DNA of 63,322 bases, filler included, from Rhabdomonas costata (GCA_019059605.1; 56 parts of 56 records of this genome joined end to end with filler, not necessarily neighbours in it), one strand, 5' to 3'; positions 1 through 11,340 are shown, numbered from the whole stretch's first letter. Numbers and translations: made by a program. The notes: a model not told the origin generated them from the letters alone.

Positions 1-356
1 TTCCTCGCCACACCCCAGACACCAGTCTCATGTTTAGATCCGCCGCAGGTTTTGCATACACGGGTGCAAAAAACACAACCCCAGCAGCTGATGTTTGCTA
101 AATGAAATGATGACTAGGAACCAGCCATAGTGGAAAAACGGCGCGGGCACAAGCCGAACCAGGCCATACCTGTGGGAAAGGGACCTCACTCACACTGTGG
201 AGCGCGGCAGCAGCAACTGCTGCGGCAGCCTCGGAGAGCAAGGTGGTGGTGGTGGCCAGTCCTGACGGTGGGCTGCACAAAAGCAGGCACAAAGTGTGCT
301 TCAAGTACACTTTGTGAACACATCAGGGCACAGACCATTACCAAACAAACACAAAC

Positions 357-685
357 GTTGCCACAGTGTGGCGCTCCAATAGTCTTGCAAGTCTTTTCGT
401 CACCGTGAATGATGGGAGCTTTGCCCCACCGTATCTGCACAAGTCTTTGCCATGATCATCGTGATCAGCGTGAAACACGATAGCCAGGGGCCATAACAAA
501 TGGGAAGTCCGCCTGAAAAAGATAACCTACCTTGTCATGTAGAAAGCCTCTCCACCGTGGGAAGGAGGAAGCCCAGGCGACGGGATCGTCCCTGGGGCGC
601 CCGACAGTTCTGCCCCCCGCACTGCAGTGCAGCCCAGCACCTCCGGCTGAGGAACACCCTCACCCACAGGCCCTCCCACACCGCC
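357..685 (-). CDS. Two phase-compatible exons of a hypothetical protein (partial)
   Basis: Exon 531-685 (ttttctgcag|GGC...ACAAG|gtaggt) joins exon 357-434 (gtgcag|ATACGG...GCAAC|gtttgt), giving GGVGGPVGEG...FYMTR-YGGAKLPSFTVTKRLARLLERHTVAT. No family recognised. Confidence 0.3.
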
Positions 686-1033
686 CTGCAGAAAAGAAAA
701 AAATGCGCCCATCATATTCCCTTCTTCTTGAGGAGTACTTGGGGAAAAATGCACAATCCAGGAGGGCTTGTTCGGCACCCAACTCCGTCAACCCCCTTCA
801 AGGTTCCCAGTACCCAAGCACCGGACAGTAACAAATGAAGCGCAGCAGTGGAGCAAGTATTCCTTCTGTCCTTCGGGATCGAAGCGAAGGAATGGAGGTA
901 AAGCGGGGCAGACACTCTCAGATAACCCATGGATTCAGCATAATAAGTAAACATCAGATACAGAAAATGCACCGTGAGCGGTGGAATTCTCGAGCAGCAA
1001 CTTCTTATTCAGAGGAGAGGGCTCCAACAAACA

Positions 1034-1133
1034 NNNNNNNNNNNNNNNNNNNNNNNNNNNNNNNNNNNNNNNNNNNNTTAATTAATTAANNNNNNNNNNN
1101 NNNNNNNNNNNNNNNNNNNNNNNNNNNNNNNNN
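1034..1133. other. Artificial contig spacer (44 N + TTAATTAATTAA + 44 N); first of 55 identical spacers, about every 1.13 kb, last one at 62191-62290
   Basis: An identical 100-bp block recurs; TTAATTAATTAA gives stops in all six frames. Contigs between spacers are all about 1028-1036 bp, as in a length-sorted assembly. Confidence 0.98.
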
Positions 1134-1499
1134 GTGGTTGGGTGGACGGGGACCACCAGGGGGTCCAGGTCGAAGCTGCCTGGGGAGTCCCCGCCCACCA
1201 GTCCACCGCGAAAACATCCACAATGGAACGAGCCCCCTCATTCTGGGTTTTGCTTAATTCCCATACTTGGGTGTGGCGCGCAGAGGTGAGCACGTGCACT
1301 AAAATGGGTGTCCGAAACTTTCTGAACCAATATTTTTTTTTCCTAAAAAGCCATAAACGTTGCTGATGTTGCTGAGTCATACGTATGTACTTCTGCGAAC
1401 CTGGGAGATTTTACCGCGCGGGCTTGAGTGGGCGTCGCCTTCTGTTGTTTTGTAATTCCCGTGAAAAACAAACACAAAAAATGCCTTGCAGTACAGAAG

Positions 1500-1940
1500 A
1501 GAAGGGGCTATTCACCTATAAGCTGCAGCTTGTGCGGCGCCTTCGGCGAGGGGATACAGCAAAGTGTGTGCGGTTTTTCCGCTGGGCATTGAAAGAGTGG
1601 CGGTCCTGCCGCTTTCGCCGTGGTCTGGTAATGACTGATGAGGCTGTGTTTCACCTTGACGGGAATGTAAACAAACGGAACTGCAGAGTATGGGGACTGG
1701 AGAACCCTCATGCCATTGCGGGACAGGAGGAAGGAGCGCCCTCTCTGACGGTCTGGTGTGGGGTCAGTGCTCGTGGTGTAATTGGACCTTTCTTCTTTGA
1801 AGAAGGTCGTCACCCTGTGACGGTGGCCGCAACTCGATATGACGAGCTTTACCTTAGCGGGCGCTACGGAGCTCGACTGTTCGAGATGGCCCCCTCGTTA
1901 ACGCAGGCATTGCCGAACCGGTGAGGCAGTGGCCAAGGCA
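1500..1940 (+). mobile_element. Degenerate Tc1/mariner-superfamily transposase (rosa/DD41D-like catalytic region)
   Basis: ORF 1385-1924 contains YKLQLVRRL...VMTDEAVFHLDGNVNKRNCRVWGLENPH...LTVWCGVSARGVIGPFFFEE...TV..TRY, matching the SDEAHFHLNG.VNKQNCRIW...VWC....IIGP.FFE signature. The second catalytic Asp region survives only out of frame (RDGP), followed by LPNR-stop where FP.RW is expected. Confidence 0.85.
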
Positions 1941-2596
1941 CACTATCTCCCTTTGAGATCACTTCCCGGGAAAATTGTCCATAAGTGTGTCAAGCACAAG
2001 GTGGACAATATGAGCTGAGGCTCCATCCTTTTTCAGTTGATAGGGTAGGGAACGCTTTGGCCAAGAGACCCAACACCTTGTTCATCCCAACTCTATCACT
2101 GCCGTTTTTTTTGTCAATGCTGGGTTTCTCTCATAAAAGCCGGTGTGATTCCACCCACCCCACACANNNNNNNNNNNNNNNNNNNNNNNNNNNNNNNNNN
2201 NNNNNNNNNNTTAATTAATTAANNNNNNNNNNNNNNNNNNNNNNNNNNNNNNNNNNNNNNNNNNNNAAGTGCGCAAACGTTCCCATATACCACCTGTATG
2301 GTGCTGATTTGATTTGCAGGGAGCAACGCCGCAGCCCAGAAGCTTGCCGTTAACCCTCTTTGGTCATCCATACGTGTCTGCTTCAGCAGAGTCCCACACA
2401 ACCCTTCACGCAGCAATTCTTGCGGGGAAAAGTCGCACAGCTCTCAGTGCACACGGTGTGTTTCTACGAAGCGCAACCGTCAAAGCAGCTCTCATGTCCA
2501 GCGCACGAATGGTGAAACAAGTTCTTCAATCCCAACGCTCATCAAGGATGCCAGCCGCTATCTGTCTTTCGGACCCCGAGGCCACAAAAAAGCAGC

Positions 2597-2847
2597 TCAA
2601 AACGGAGATGTCCTGGCGTTGTACGCCTCAATGTGCTTCACAACCTGTAACAAAAATGGCGGTGCGCAAAAACGTGACCTTCTCAGAGAAAAAGAAGAGA
2701 AAAAGTTTGGGACATGCACCTTTCGTGTGATATCAGGAACAGTATATTCCTTGGAAAAGAATGCCACGAACTCCAGGTTGGGGGACATCAGGTAGTGCAT
2801 GATGGAGTGGTCGACGAGATAGTCCTCCCTGTCAGCGGGGTCAAAGC
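2597..2847 (-). CDS. SCO1: SCO1/SenC cytochrome c oxidase copper chaperone, last two exons
   Basis: Exon 2720-2847 encodes FDPADREDYLVDHSIMHYLMSPNLEFVAFFSKEYTVPDITRK (DYLVDHS..Y.LM.P copper-ligand His motif). A 75-nt GT-AG intron at 2645-2719 precedes exon 2597-2644 VVKHIEAYNARTSPF-stop. Confidence 0.85.
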
Positions 2848-3078
2848 CTTACGAACCGGAGGGCAGATATTACATGGTTAATGACAGCCAACCAACAAAA
2901 AAGAGAAAAACTGAAAAGCCTGAAACGGATCCGCCTGAGCAAAAACGACAGACTAGGGGTTAAGAGCTCAACAGGGGGTCAACAGGGGCGAATGCAGCCT
3001 GAACCCAAGATACACGGGGATAGGGAGCATACAAAAGGAGCTCCGCTGCGCTCCGCGGCCCAAGTCATCCTGGAAAGA

Positions 3079-3290
3079 GTCCCAGGGGGCATGCGCATCG
3101 CCTCCTAACCCCGGGCAAAAGCTACTGCAATTCCAGGGGACCCCTATATCACCACCTAACCCCCTGTAAAAGCTTCTATTGTGATCCCGGGAACCGTGAA
3201 TCGCCACCTAACCCCCCGCAAATTCCTATATTAGAATCCCAGGGGACCCGTGCATCACCTCCCAACCCCGTGCAATCTCCAGAAGGGGCC
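3079..3290. repeat. Degenerate minisatellite, unit about 51-54 bp, about 4 copies
   Basis: The core CC(T/C)AACCCC recurs at 3104, 3155, 3207 and 3261, each with similar flanks (TCCCAGGGGACCC..ATC.CC.CC). Confidence 0.75.
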
Positions 3291-3699
3291 CAAAAAACAN
3301 NNNNNNNNNNNNNNNNNNNNNNNNNNNNNNNNNNNNNNNNNNNTTAATTAATTAANNNNNNNNNNNNNNNNNNNNNNNNNNNNNNNNNNNNNNNNNNNNG
3401 GGGTGTTTGTCGTATACCAACGTGATGCCGTGTAACAGGATGATGCCTTCTGAACTTTTTGATACCGTGCAGCGTTCTTTTTCTTCTAGAACTCTGTTAC
3501 ACCGCATAGCAGCGTTAACAGCTTATGTAAGGAGTGTGGTTGCAAAGTTTTTTCAACTTCGTTGAAGCGAATGAGGAAAATAGGTTCTGTTAGTCGTACG
3601 TTTTCCCTGATTGCTCTCACCCGCCATGTCATAGACCCTTGGGCCTCTCGATTCCCCCGCTGGGCGGGGTTTCTGGCACTGCCTCGTATTGTACTGTTC

Positions 3700-4290
3700 G
3701 GGTTGGGGTTGCCACAGATGACTGTGATGTACGTTCGACTGACCAACTTCGAGGACTTGCTGAAGGTTAGCGCACTGGAGGCGATTACGGCGTACTGCGA
3801 GTTTGTCGAGGCGGTATGTGTGTATCTGAGCGTTGGGTGCATCTGTGCGGCTCCGGACCGCCTGAGCGTTGCCTGACAGTGCCACACCTCCCACAAGAAA
3901 GCACACGGGGTATCCCATCCATGGCAAGACAAAGTACAAAGATGGCCGCATTCACGTCGTCGCTCTGTTTTAAATATGAGTGCCGGATCCCAGAGGAATA
4001 ACCGGCCCCACCCCCGACCGCATCCCCCGCTTCATGAAAGTCATGCATGTGCAGGCCCGCGGTGGCATAGTGGTTATCCCAATGTAAACCGAGCATGCGG
4101 TATCTTGGATGCAACGGGACTGAGCGATGTCCGGGAGACCCCGACCCGGAAAGGTGAAGGAGTCCAGCAAACCGCACACCTGCCTTTGTGTTTGCACACC
4201 TCTGCTTCTGGGCAGGTCTATCCCGCGATCAATGAGCACATGGGCACGGCCAGCCTGGATGGGGATGCCCTGCTGATCCACTGGAACACC
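3700..4290 (-). mobile_element. Frameshifted non-LTR retrotransposon remnant (RT thumb / C-terminal region)
   Basis: Colinear motifs in different frames: QQGIPIQAGRAHVL (about G..iN..K..l), VPLHPRYRMLGLHWDNHY (about YKYLGV.lD), SLYFVLPWMGY (about LY...vlP.l.Y). By-eye similarity only. Confidence 0.4.
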
Positions 4291-4531
4291 GCACGCCCCT
4301 GCGCTTCAGCCCGAATGCAGGCAATTTCAGAGAGGGGTCGGGGATGGGGTGACGTTGTGATGCAGTATCAGGTTGTGCAATGGGTCATGAAGGGAAGATT
4401 TTGCTGAAATTGGGGACTCCTAACCCACCCCNNNNNNNNNNNNNNNNNNNNNNNNNNNNNNNNNNNNNNNNNNNNTTAATTAATTAANNNNNNNNNNNNN
4501 NNNNNNNNNNNNNNNNNNNNNNNNNNNNNNN

Positions 4532-5449
4532 TGAGGATGTGGATGGGGACCTGGGCCTCGGAGTGGGCGCAGTCGGTAAAGCTGCAGCTCTCGCGGTGGG
4601 TCTACCATGTCTGCCTGTCATGGCTGGCGCTGACTCTGCTGTCGCTGTTCTCGGACCTTTACCAGGCTCGTGGCCTGCTGCTCTCCAGCTCAAAGGTGTG
4701 GAAATAGAGTCGCGATGATGGAGAGCGGAGAGCCTGTCTGTCTGTTTGTGTGTGTGTGTGTGCCTGCATCTGCCTTTGTGCATATGCTCGGGTATGTATG
4801 TATGTGTGTGCGTGCCGATTGTATAATCGAATTTCTCAAGAAGCCCCCGTTCTGCGGAAGGGTGATCGTACCCCGAGAAGGAGGCCCAGAAGCCGGAGAG
4901 AATTGAAAGCCCTGTGTCGACATAAATACCTTCAACGGCAATGCGTGCCTGTATGTATGTGTGTGGTCCCCTTGGTGGCGAAGCCGAGTCCAACTCTGCA
5001 GATTCCCCTCCTTCGTTACCACACTCTGCACAGCCTGGCCATCCTAACAAGCCCCCCCCCCTACTTCCATACCGCGCAGTCAGAAGCCCTGAACCGCTAG
5101 GTCCTAAGCCTCTCTGCCCTGTCTTCATTTTCATTGAAGTAGAAGGACCACTCTCAACCGGAAAGGCATAAATGCAGGCAATCGAGTCTCACCAGTTGAT
5201 CGCTTTCGGTTTGAAATAGGATTGATGTTCTGAACGAAAGAGTCGCCTTTACAATACAACTCAAAGGTGGACCCGCGGAGGATGCGCAAAGCCCTGCGGG
5301 CGGTGGCGCTGCGGAGCCTGGCCAGCGTGGTGGATGCCTCCCTGGCTTTGCAGGGCATGGGCTGGAACCTGTACGGCCCCGCCACGGCGGCGTGGCTCGG
5401 CGCCATCCCCTCCGCCATTGGGCTGTGCTCTGCATGGAACACGCCGTGA
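4532..5449 (+). CDS. PEX11-like peroxisomal membrane protein, last two exons (partial)
   Basis: Exon 4532-4695 RMWMGTWASEWAQSVKLQLSRWVYHVCLSWLALTLLSLFSDLYQARGLLLSSSK, intron 4696-5266 GT-AG, exon 5267-5449 VDPRRMRKALRAVALRSLASVVDASLALQGMGWNLYGPATAAWLGAIPSAIGLCSAWNTP-stop. The pattern W..l..s...Dl / D...al / G..ss.iG....W resembles the PEX11 C-terminal half. Confidence 0.5.
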
Positions 5450-6520
5450 AGGATTTAGACAAGTTCTTTTTACTTTTTGCGTGAACAAGGCGGGTTTCCG
5501 CACTTGGCCCGTTTCGGAGGGAATGCGGAGAGAGCCATCGCTCACTGGTGAAAGAAGAGCTGGCACNNNNNNNNNNNNNNNNNNNNNNNNNNNNNNNNNN
5601 NNNNNNNNNNTTAATTAATTAANNNNNNNNNNNNNNNNNNNNNNNNNNNNNNNNNNNNNNNNNNNNTTGTGGTGGTTTTCCATTTGAAGTCTTTTTAGCC
5701 AATTTAATTGCCGCTGTTTGGGGAAATAACATGCGATGAAGGCCGATTTGAGCTAAAACAAATCGGTGAGATGTGGAACACCACTAAGTGAAAAATGGAT
5801 TTTTTTCGATTGATTCCGTGCTTGGCGGGTAGCCGTCCATCGGAGGGATGTCTGGGTCGGTGGGTTGGTCGACGGAGTAGCGGTTTGCACTTCCTTTTAC
5901 CAGTGAAACATGGACCAGCCACCAACTGGACGACGAAGGTTGACAGGCCGTATCGCCAGTGTGCTGGCTTTGCCAATGTGAATTGCTGACTCTTCCCTGT
6001 GTGAGAGAATCATGTCATGCTACGTCTTACCGGGGATGCTGGTGACCATACCGCTGAAAAATTTAAAAGAATTAAACACCTGGTAAGGGGCACACACACG
6101 GACCGGACCGAGGATGAAATGGTTTGCTATGCAGCACTTTTGACGCCTCCTGGACATAGAAGTAGACCCCTGACCTGGGGTTTTTCCTTTCTTTTTTGTG
6201 TTGCCATCGGTAACCATTGCTGGATTCCAAGCTGGAGTTCATTGATAAAACTACAAAATTGACGATGGCCGTGGCTGTCATTAATCTACCACCCATATTG
6301 GGCAAAACAACCTGATGCCCGTTGGCTTTTGTAACGGGAAGCTGCGACCCCTGTAAATTGGCCTTTGGCTGCAAATATTCACCTCCCTTTTTTCTTTGTG
6401 GTTGCTTCTACATCCAGCTCACTGGCTCACGCAAAGCGAGAACGGCAAAAAGGGCCTTCCTCAGTGAAATCCAAAAGCCCGCACACGAAAACTACCTCCA
6501 CCTACCTGTATTTTGTGCAG

Positions 6521-6633
6521 TGGGCACATCGGCCCACTGCTGAACACCTGCTGGCGAAGTGGTTCTCCGCCTCCTCCGCGGCCACAGCGGAGCTGTCATC
6601 ATGGGCCAACCCGCGGAGCGAGGCCTTGGACCT
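6521..6633 (+). CDS. Probable protein kinase C-lobe end exon
   Basis: ttttgtgcag|TGG... gives WAHRPTAEHLLAKWF, resembling kinase subdomain XI RPTA.ELL.HPWF; ends at GACCT|gtgagc. Short match only. Confidence 0.35.
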
Positions 6634-6911
6634 GTGAGCAGTGCTGTGAGCCAGAACTTCCAGTGAAATTTGCATCCTTTCCTGCCCCCCCCCCCACAAC
6701 ANNNNNNNNNNNNNNNNNNNNNNNNNNNNNNNNNNNNNNNNNNNNTTAATTAATTAANNNNNNNNNNNNNNNNNNNNNNNNNNNNNNNNNNNNNNNNNNN
6801 NGTGTGTGGGTGTGTGACTGTGTTTGCGCGCGCGACTGTAAATTTTTGCCCCATCATTTCTTTCCAAGGTATGAATATTGCTGTGGACCAGGATCACTGA
6901 ATTCCACCAAG

Positions 6912-6913
<2 letters not shown>

Positions 6914-6950
<37 letters not shown>

Positions 6951-6959
6951 CGCGCGCGC
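6914..6959. repeat. Compound microsatellite (GT)n(GC)n
   Basis: About 14 GT units run directly into about 9 GC units. Shorter (GT/CA)n tracts occur in many other contigs. Confidence 0.95.
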
Positions 6960-8426
6960 TTCTTTGCTGTGCGCGTTTATTTCCCAGCCACGCTTAAAAC
7001 ACTTCCTTTGCGAGCCATTTTATTAGTGCATTTTTGTTTATACAGGTGACGAAGTGCTGTTCCTGGCGGATCTGTATGCCATCCCTCACATCCTGTTCTT
7101 TTTAACACTCTTTTTTTTCCTTTATTGTTTTGCGTGTGTATGTGTGTGGGTTGTTCTTTGGTACCTCTCTTTTGGGGTTTTGGAATTTTTCGCCTTCTGT
7201 GCAGCTCCCGAATGGCGAAAATTGCTGGGACGGAATTCTCCCTCCAGTCCGACTTGCTCGTCCCCGAAAGCAAGCGGTTTTGACCCCTTTTCCCCTCGTT
7301 GGTGCCTCTTTGTCCTTGAACTAGACTAGATGTGTGGCAGCCTCTCGTTTGCGCTTCTTTTTGTCCATTTTTATACATGATTCGTCTGAATTTTGCACTC
7401 AAATCCAGAGGCCGCTTTCACCATCTTCATTTCTCTCTCGAAGCCGACATGCTTGGGATCTTTCTGTTTTGCATCACCAGTCAGACAAAAGGCTGCCTGC
7501 CACCGATGGCAGCTCTTTTAAGCTCTTCTCTTGCTTGGGCCATCCATTTTCCTCGCTGTGGTTAATTACCTGATTTCTCTCTGGTTTGCTTTGAAATCCA
7601 CGTTTAAACTCGATTTTTTTACGGTCCGTTTGAACAGAAGCCGGATCTCGGATGATAATTTTGCGAATAGCTCCCAATAGCTCCCGTACTTGTATACGTG
7701 TGTTGAAGTCCTTCACTTTTTTCGCTGAGGAAAGTTGGTGACAGTGTCCTCAGCAGTCCGCTCCGCTCCAGCGTTAGCTGAGCTCGATTTGGATGCCAAA
7801 TCTGAACTATTTTTGTTCTACTCCAAGGCGTTGAACTNNNNNNNNNNNNNNNNNNNNNNNNNNNNNNNNNNNNNNNNNNNNTTAATTAATTAANNNNNNN
7901 NNNNNNNNNNNNNNNNNNNNNNNNNNNNNNNNNNNNNGGGTTGGTTGGGAAGGTGCACTCGGCCTAATCGCTCTGTTGCATGAGGCGATGCACTCACGCG
8001 GGAGGCCCCACCCCGTAGCTTATATCAATCTATCGTGTAGGAGTGTGGCAAACCAGTCCGTTCCGCACTTAAGAAACATTCAGAGTGAATGATACCCCGA
8101 ATCGGCGATACCTTGAGGGCTGCTTGCCTGGATTTGCTCCCCTCACCCCTTGCTATCTTTTAGGGAGTCGAACAGGAGGATGCATAGACAGCGATTTGGG
8201 GCGAGATAAGAGATTTGAGCGGAATCTATCGAACCATGACAACCATTGGTTCGCGCGCCGGTCTGCGCCGGTCTGCGCGCGTGTGTATATGTCTCTGTGA
8301 GTGAATGTGAAAAGTCTTCCGCTGAAACCATGCCTTGTGCTCGGTGTGTATTCGAATGTGTGTGTGTGTGTGTGCCAAGGTGCAAATTTTTCATGTGCAA
8401 ATGTGCGGTCTCTCCCTCGCTCGAAG

Positions 8427-8555
8427 GTCTCTCTTGTGGAGGCGAACGGGGGCTTCCAGTACAGCACCGACCCTGCAAACTTTGTCAGCACCGTGGTGGG
8501 GATCTTCGACCGTGGCATTGCGGCACACCAGACCATCCCTGAGCTGGAGGCCCAG
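8427..8555 (+). CDS. Axonemal inner-arm dynein heavy chain (DNAH1-like) tail-region exon
   Basis: 129-nt phase-0 exon (aag|GTC...CAG|gtgcgc) VSLVEANGGFQYSTDPANFVSTVVGIFDRGIAAHQTIPELEAQ, matching the DNAH1-type YST....F...l..lFDkGI.A...vPqLE pattern. Confidence 0.7.
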
Positions 8556-10362
8556 GTGCGCCTCTGCCAGTGTCTCCACATTCTGACGACAGCGTCTACT
8601 GTGTCGAGCGGTGAATCCTTCGAGTTAAGGAGATGCTTTATAAATATCCTGTGCACAAAAGCACGTCCTGGGGTTGTGGGCCGCTCCGCCCAATACATTT
8701 TCGTAATTCCTCGGAGCACGTACATTGCCCTGTAACTCTCTGGGACTCTTGCGTCGTCTTTGCGTTCGCTACTGACGGTCAACAAACAGTCGCTACTCAT
8801 TATCCACCGCCATGTGAATGTCGGGGAGGGCAAAACGGCACATTGTTGGGAACCCCTGGAAAGTTTATTTTCCTCGCCAAGTAGTACTGGGTACTGGTAG
8901 TACTCGTGACTGGAGACCCATCATCGACCTCGTAAACTGAGCTGTAGTGTTCAACTCACTACCCAAACAANNNNNNNNNNNNNNNNNNNNNNNNNNNNNN
9001 NNNNNNNNNNNNNNTTAATTAATTAANNNNNNNNNNNNNNNNNNNNNNNNNNNNNNNNNNNNNNNNNNNNTCTTGATGTTTTTATGGGGGGGGGAGGGGC
9101 GCTGGCAACTGTTACTGATAAAATAATCAATAGACGCGCTCAGGCGACGTTCCAGCGGCTCGCTCGAGCATGGCCGCGGACCAGCCTCTGTGGCGATGGA
9201 CTCTGCCCCTAAACTAACGCGGTTACGTGAATCCACCAAAATACCCGCCATAAGTTAGTACTTTGTCCTCGTTTGGGAAGCACTATCACAGTTTACACAA
9301 ACCCTTACACCAAAATAAAGTGGAGGGGAGTTAACACATTTTACTCTCCCCCCCCCCCCCCGCCATCCCCACCTCCTCACGCAATGGACTACAAGCCACA
9401 TCAAGTGCAAAATTCTCTTGCTGCTACTGCGGCTATTCGCAAGCGAACGTCAGATTGGCAGGAAGGCAAGTTTGTGAGGGGGTGCGATCCATCCAATAAC
9501 CTGAAGCTTTGCCTTTCCGGGCAACTGTAACAAAGTGAAAATGATCGCCCAGAGGACAATCTGATCGGTTGTCTTTTTGATTCAGATTGCATAAAGCCAC
9601 GAGTGAAAACCTGAAACCTTTAAATAAGATTTGAAGCTGGGTTTTTGTGAGAAAGGCTGACGTGGCCTGGTTTAGTTATCTGAATGGAATGGAACTATGG
9701 TGAAATCCAGTGGCCCGTGAGCCCACCAACCTTTGCCACGCCTGCACGCCCCCTCACTCAAAAAAGCCGCAAGCCATCGGGCGGCAACAGAAAACTTCAT
9801 TGCTTATTGCTTGAGCTAGACATAGGCCTGCCAGCGTACGTAGCATAGGTACGTAGCATAGGTAAAAGTAAATGGGGAGGCATACTCGCACAACAGGAAA
9901 GGACAGGGAACATGTTCGGCTTCGGGAGGATTTCGTCAGAGGCAGCGGTCGGGGAGCCTAAAAAAAAGCACGACGGACTGGAGGGCATTCAAGAAAAAAA
10001 TGCTCCAGCTTCAGCTAAGACGGCAAAGACAGAAAGAAAAGAGAACAAGGACACTATAATGGTGAGCATGGCTGATCATCATCACTTAGGCAAAACAACC
10101 AACNNNNNNNNNNNNNNNNNNNNNNNNNNNNNNNNNNNNNNNNNNNNTTAATTAATTAANNNNNNNNNNNNNNNNNNNNNNNNNNNNNNNNNNNNNNNNN
10201 NNNTTTTTTTTTGGGACTGGATAACCGTTAATTGACCCTAAACCGTCCAAAAATGACTCTGAAAGTCTGTAAAAGTCCAAAGTTGACCATGTCGACGACC
10301 CTTAGGAGATCCCTTAGTGCCAATGGAACTGGCTCACTTGTCTACGCCGAGATATGGCCCGA

Positions 10363-10542
10363 TTTCAAGGGCCTGGGGTGCACATTTCGGACCTTTTCAT
10401 ACTGAGAGTTAGCTTTCGGCCGGGCCTGCTTAACATACCTGAGGTTAGAGCCCAGGAGCACTTCATGCTGGCACCGGAGTGGGCCGGATTGCTTCGGTTT
10501 AGAGCCACGGAGTGGGCCGGATTGCTTGGGTTTAGAGCCACG
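10363..10542 (+). repeat. Dispersed repeat copy with an internal 33-bp tandem duplication
   Basis: Similar to 44783-44935 (shared TTTCAAGGGC...GGACCTTT...AGCTTTCGGCC.GGCCTGCTTA...GCCCAGGAG..CTTCAT). CGGAGTGGGCCGGATTGCTT.GGTTTAGAGCCA occurs at 10475 and 10508. Confidence 0.7.
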
Positions 10543-11002
10543 CTAGAGGTCATTTAAGGGCCACTTTTGGGTGTTTTTGCCCTTTTTGCCTTTTGCCTTT
10601 TCACTGGCATGGAAGGACTTTTTTTTTGCGCTTGCTATCCCTTGAACTTGTGTTTTGAGATAAGAGATCAGGATTAGGATAAGACAAAGTACTCTAGGCT
10701 TGCACACCGTCTGCCCACCTGCAAACCGGTGTGCCAGCACTGCATCGGGAACGGGGCAGTAAAGGGATTAGGATTGACAGACCTTGAATTTTCATGGAAA
10801 GAAGCTATCTCATTTAGGTCAGTGCACTCAGAAATTACTCCAACCACTGGAAACCCTTTGCTCTGCACAGAAACTTCGGGAGTTCTTTCCTTGTCTAAAC
10901 AAGAAGTGTGGATCGCTTCCCACGCACTGCACTCACTGGTGTCATCTTAAGAGTCTCCCTTGGCTCGTCTTGGGATCCGGTGTGGGTGCTCCAAACCCGC
11001 AG

Positions 11003-11216
11003 GGGTCTGAAGGCGTTTGTGAAGTACGTACCGCGGGAGGTGGTGCGGATGATGCTGGCTGGGGAGATGGACTCCACCAACGCCATGTCGCGGCGCACGG
11101 TAAGCATGCTGTTCATGGACATTGCGGGGTTCAGCTCGCTGTGCGAGCAGGTGGACCCCGAGATGCTAGTGCGGCTGACCCAGGATTACTTGCAGGCCAT
11201 GTGTGAGATCATCGTG
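11003..11216 (+). CDS. Class III adenylate/guanylate cyclase, start of catalytic domain (partial exon)
   Basis: ccgcag|G GGT... gives GLKAFVKYVPREVVRMMLAGEMDSTNAMSRRTVSMLFMDIAGFSSLCEQVDPEMLVRLTQDYLQAMCEII. It has the F.kYVP..VV transducer helix and the lF.DI.GF(S/T) metal-binding motif. Confidence 0.9.
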
Positions 11217-11340
11217 ATCTCTTATCCCAAAACCCCNNNNNNNNNNNNNNNNNNNNNNNNNNNNNNNNNNNNNNNNNNNNTTAATTAATTAANNNNNNNN
11301 NNNNNNNNNNNNNNNNNNNNNNNNNNNNNNNNNNNNTTGT

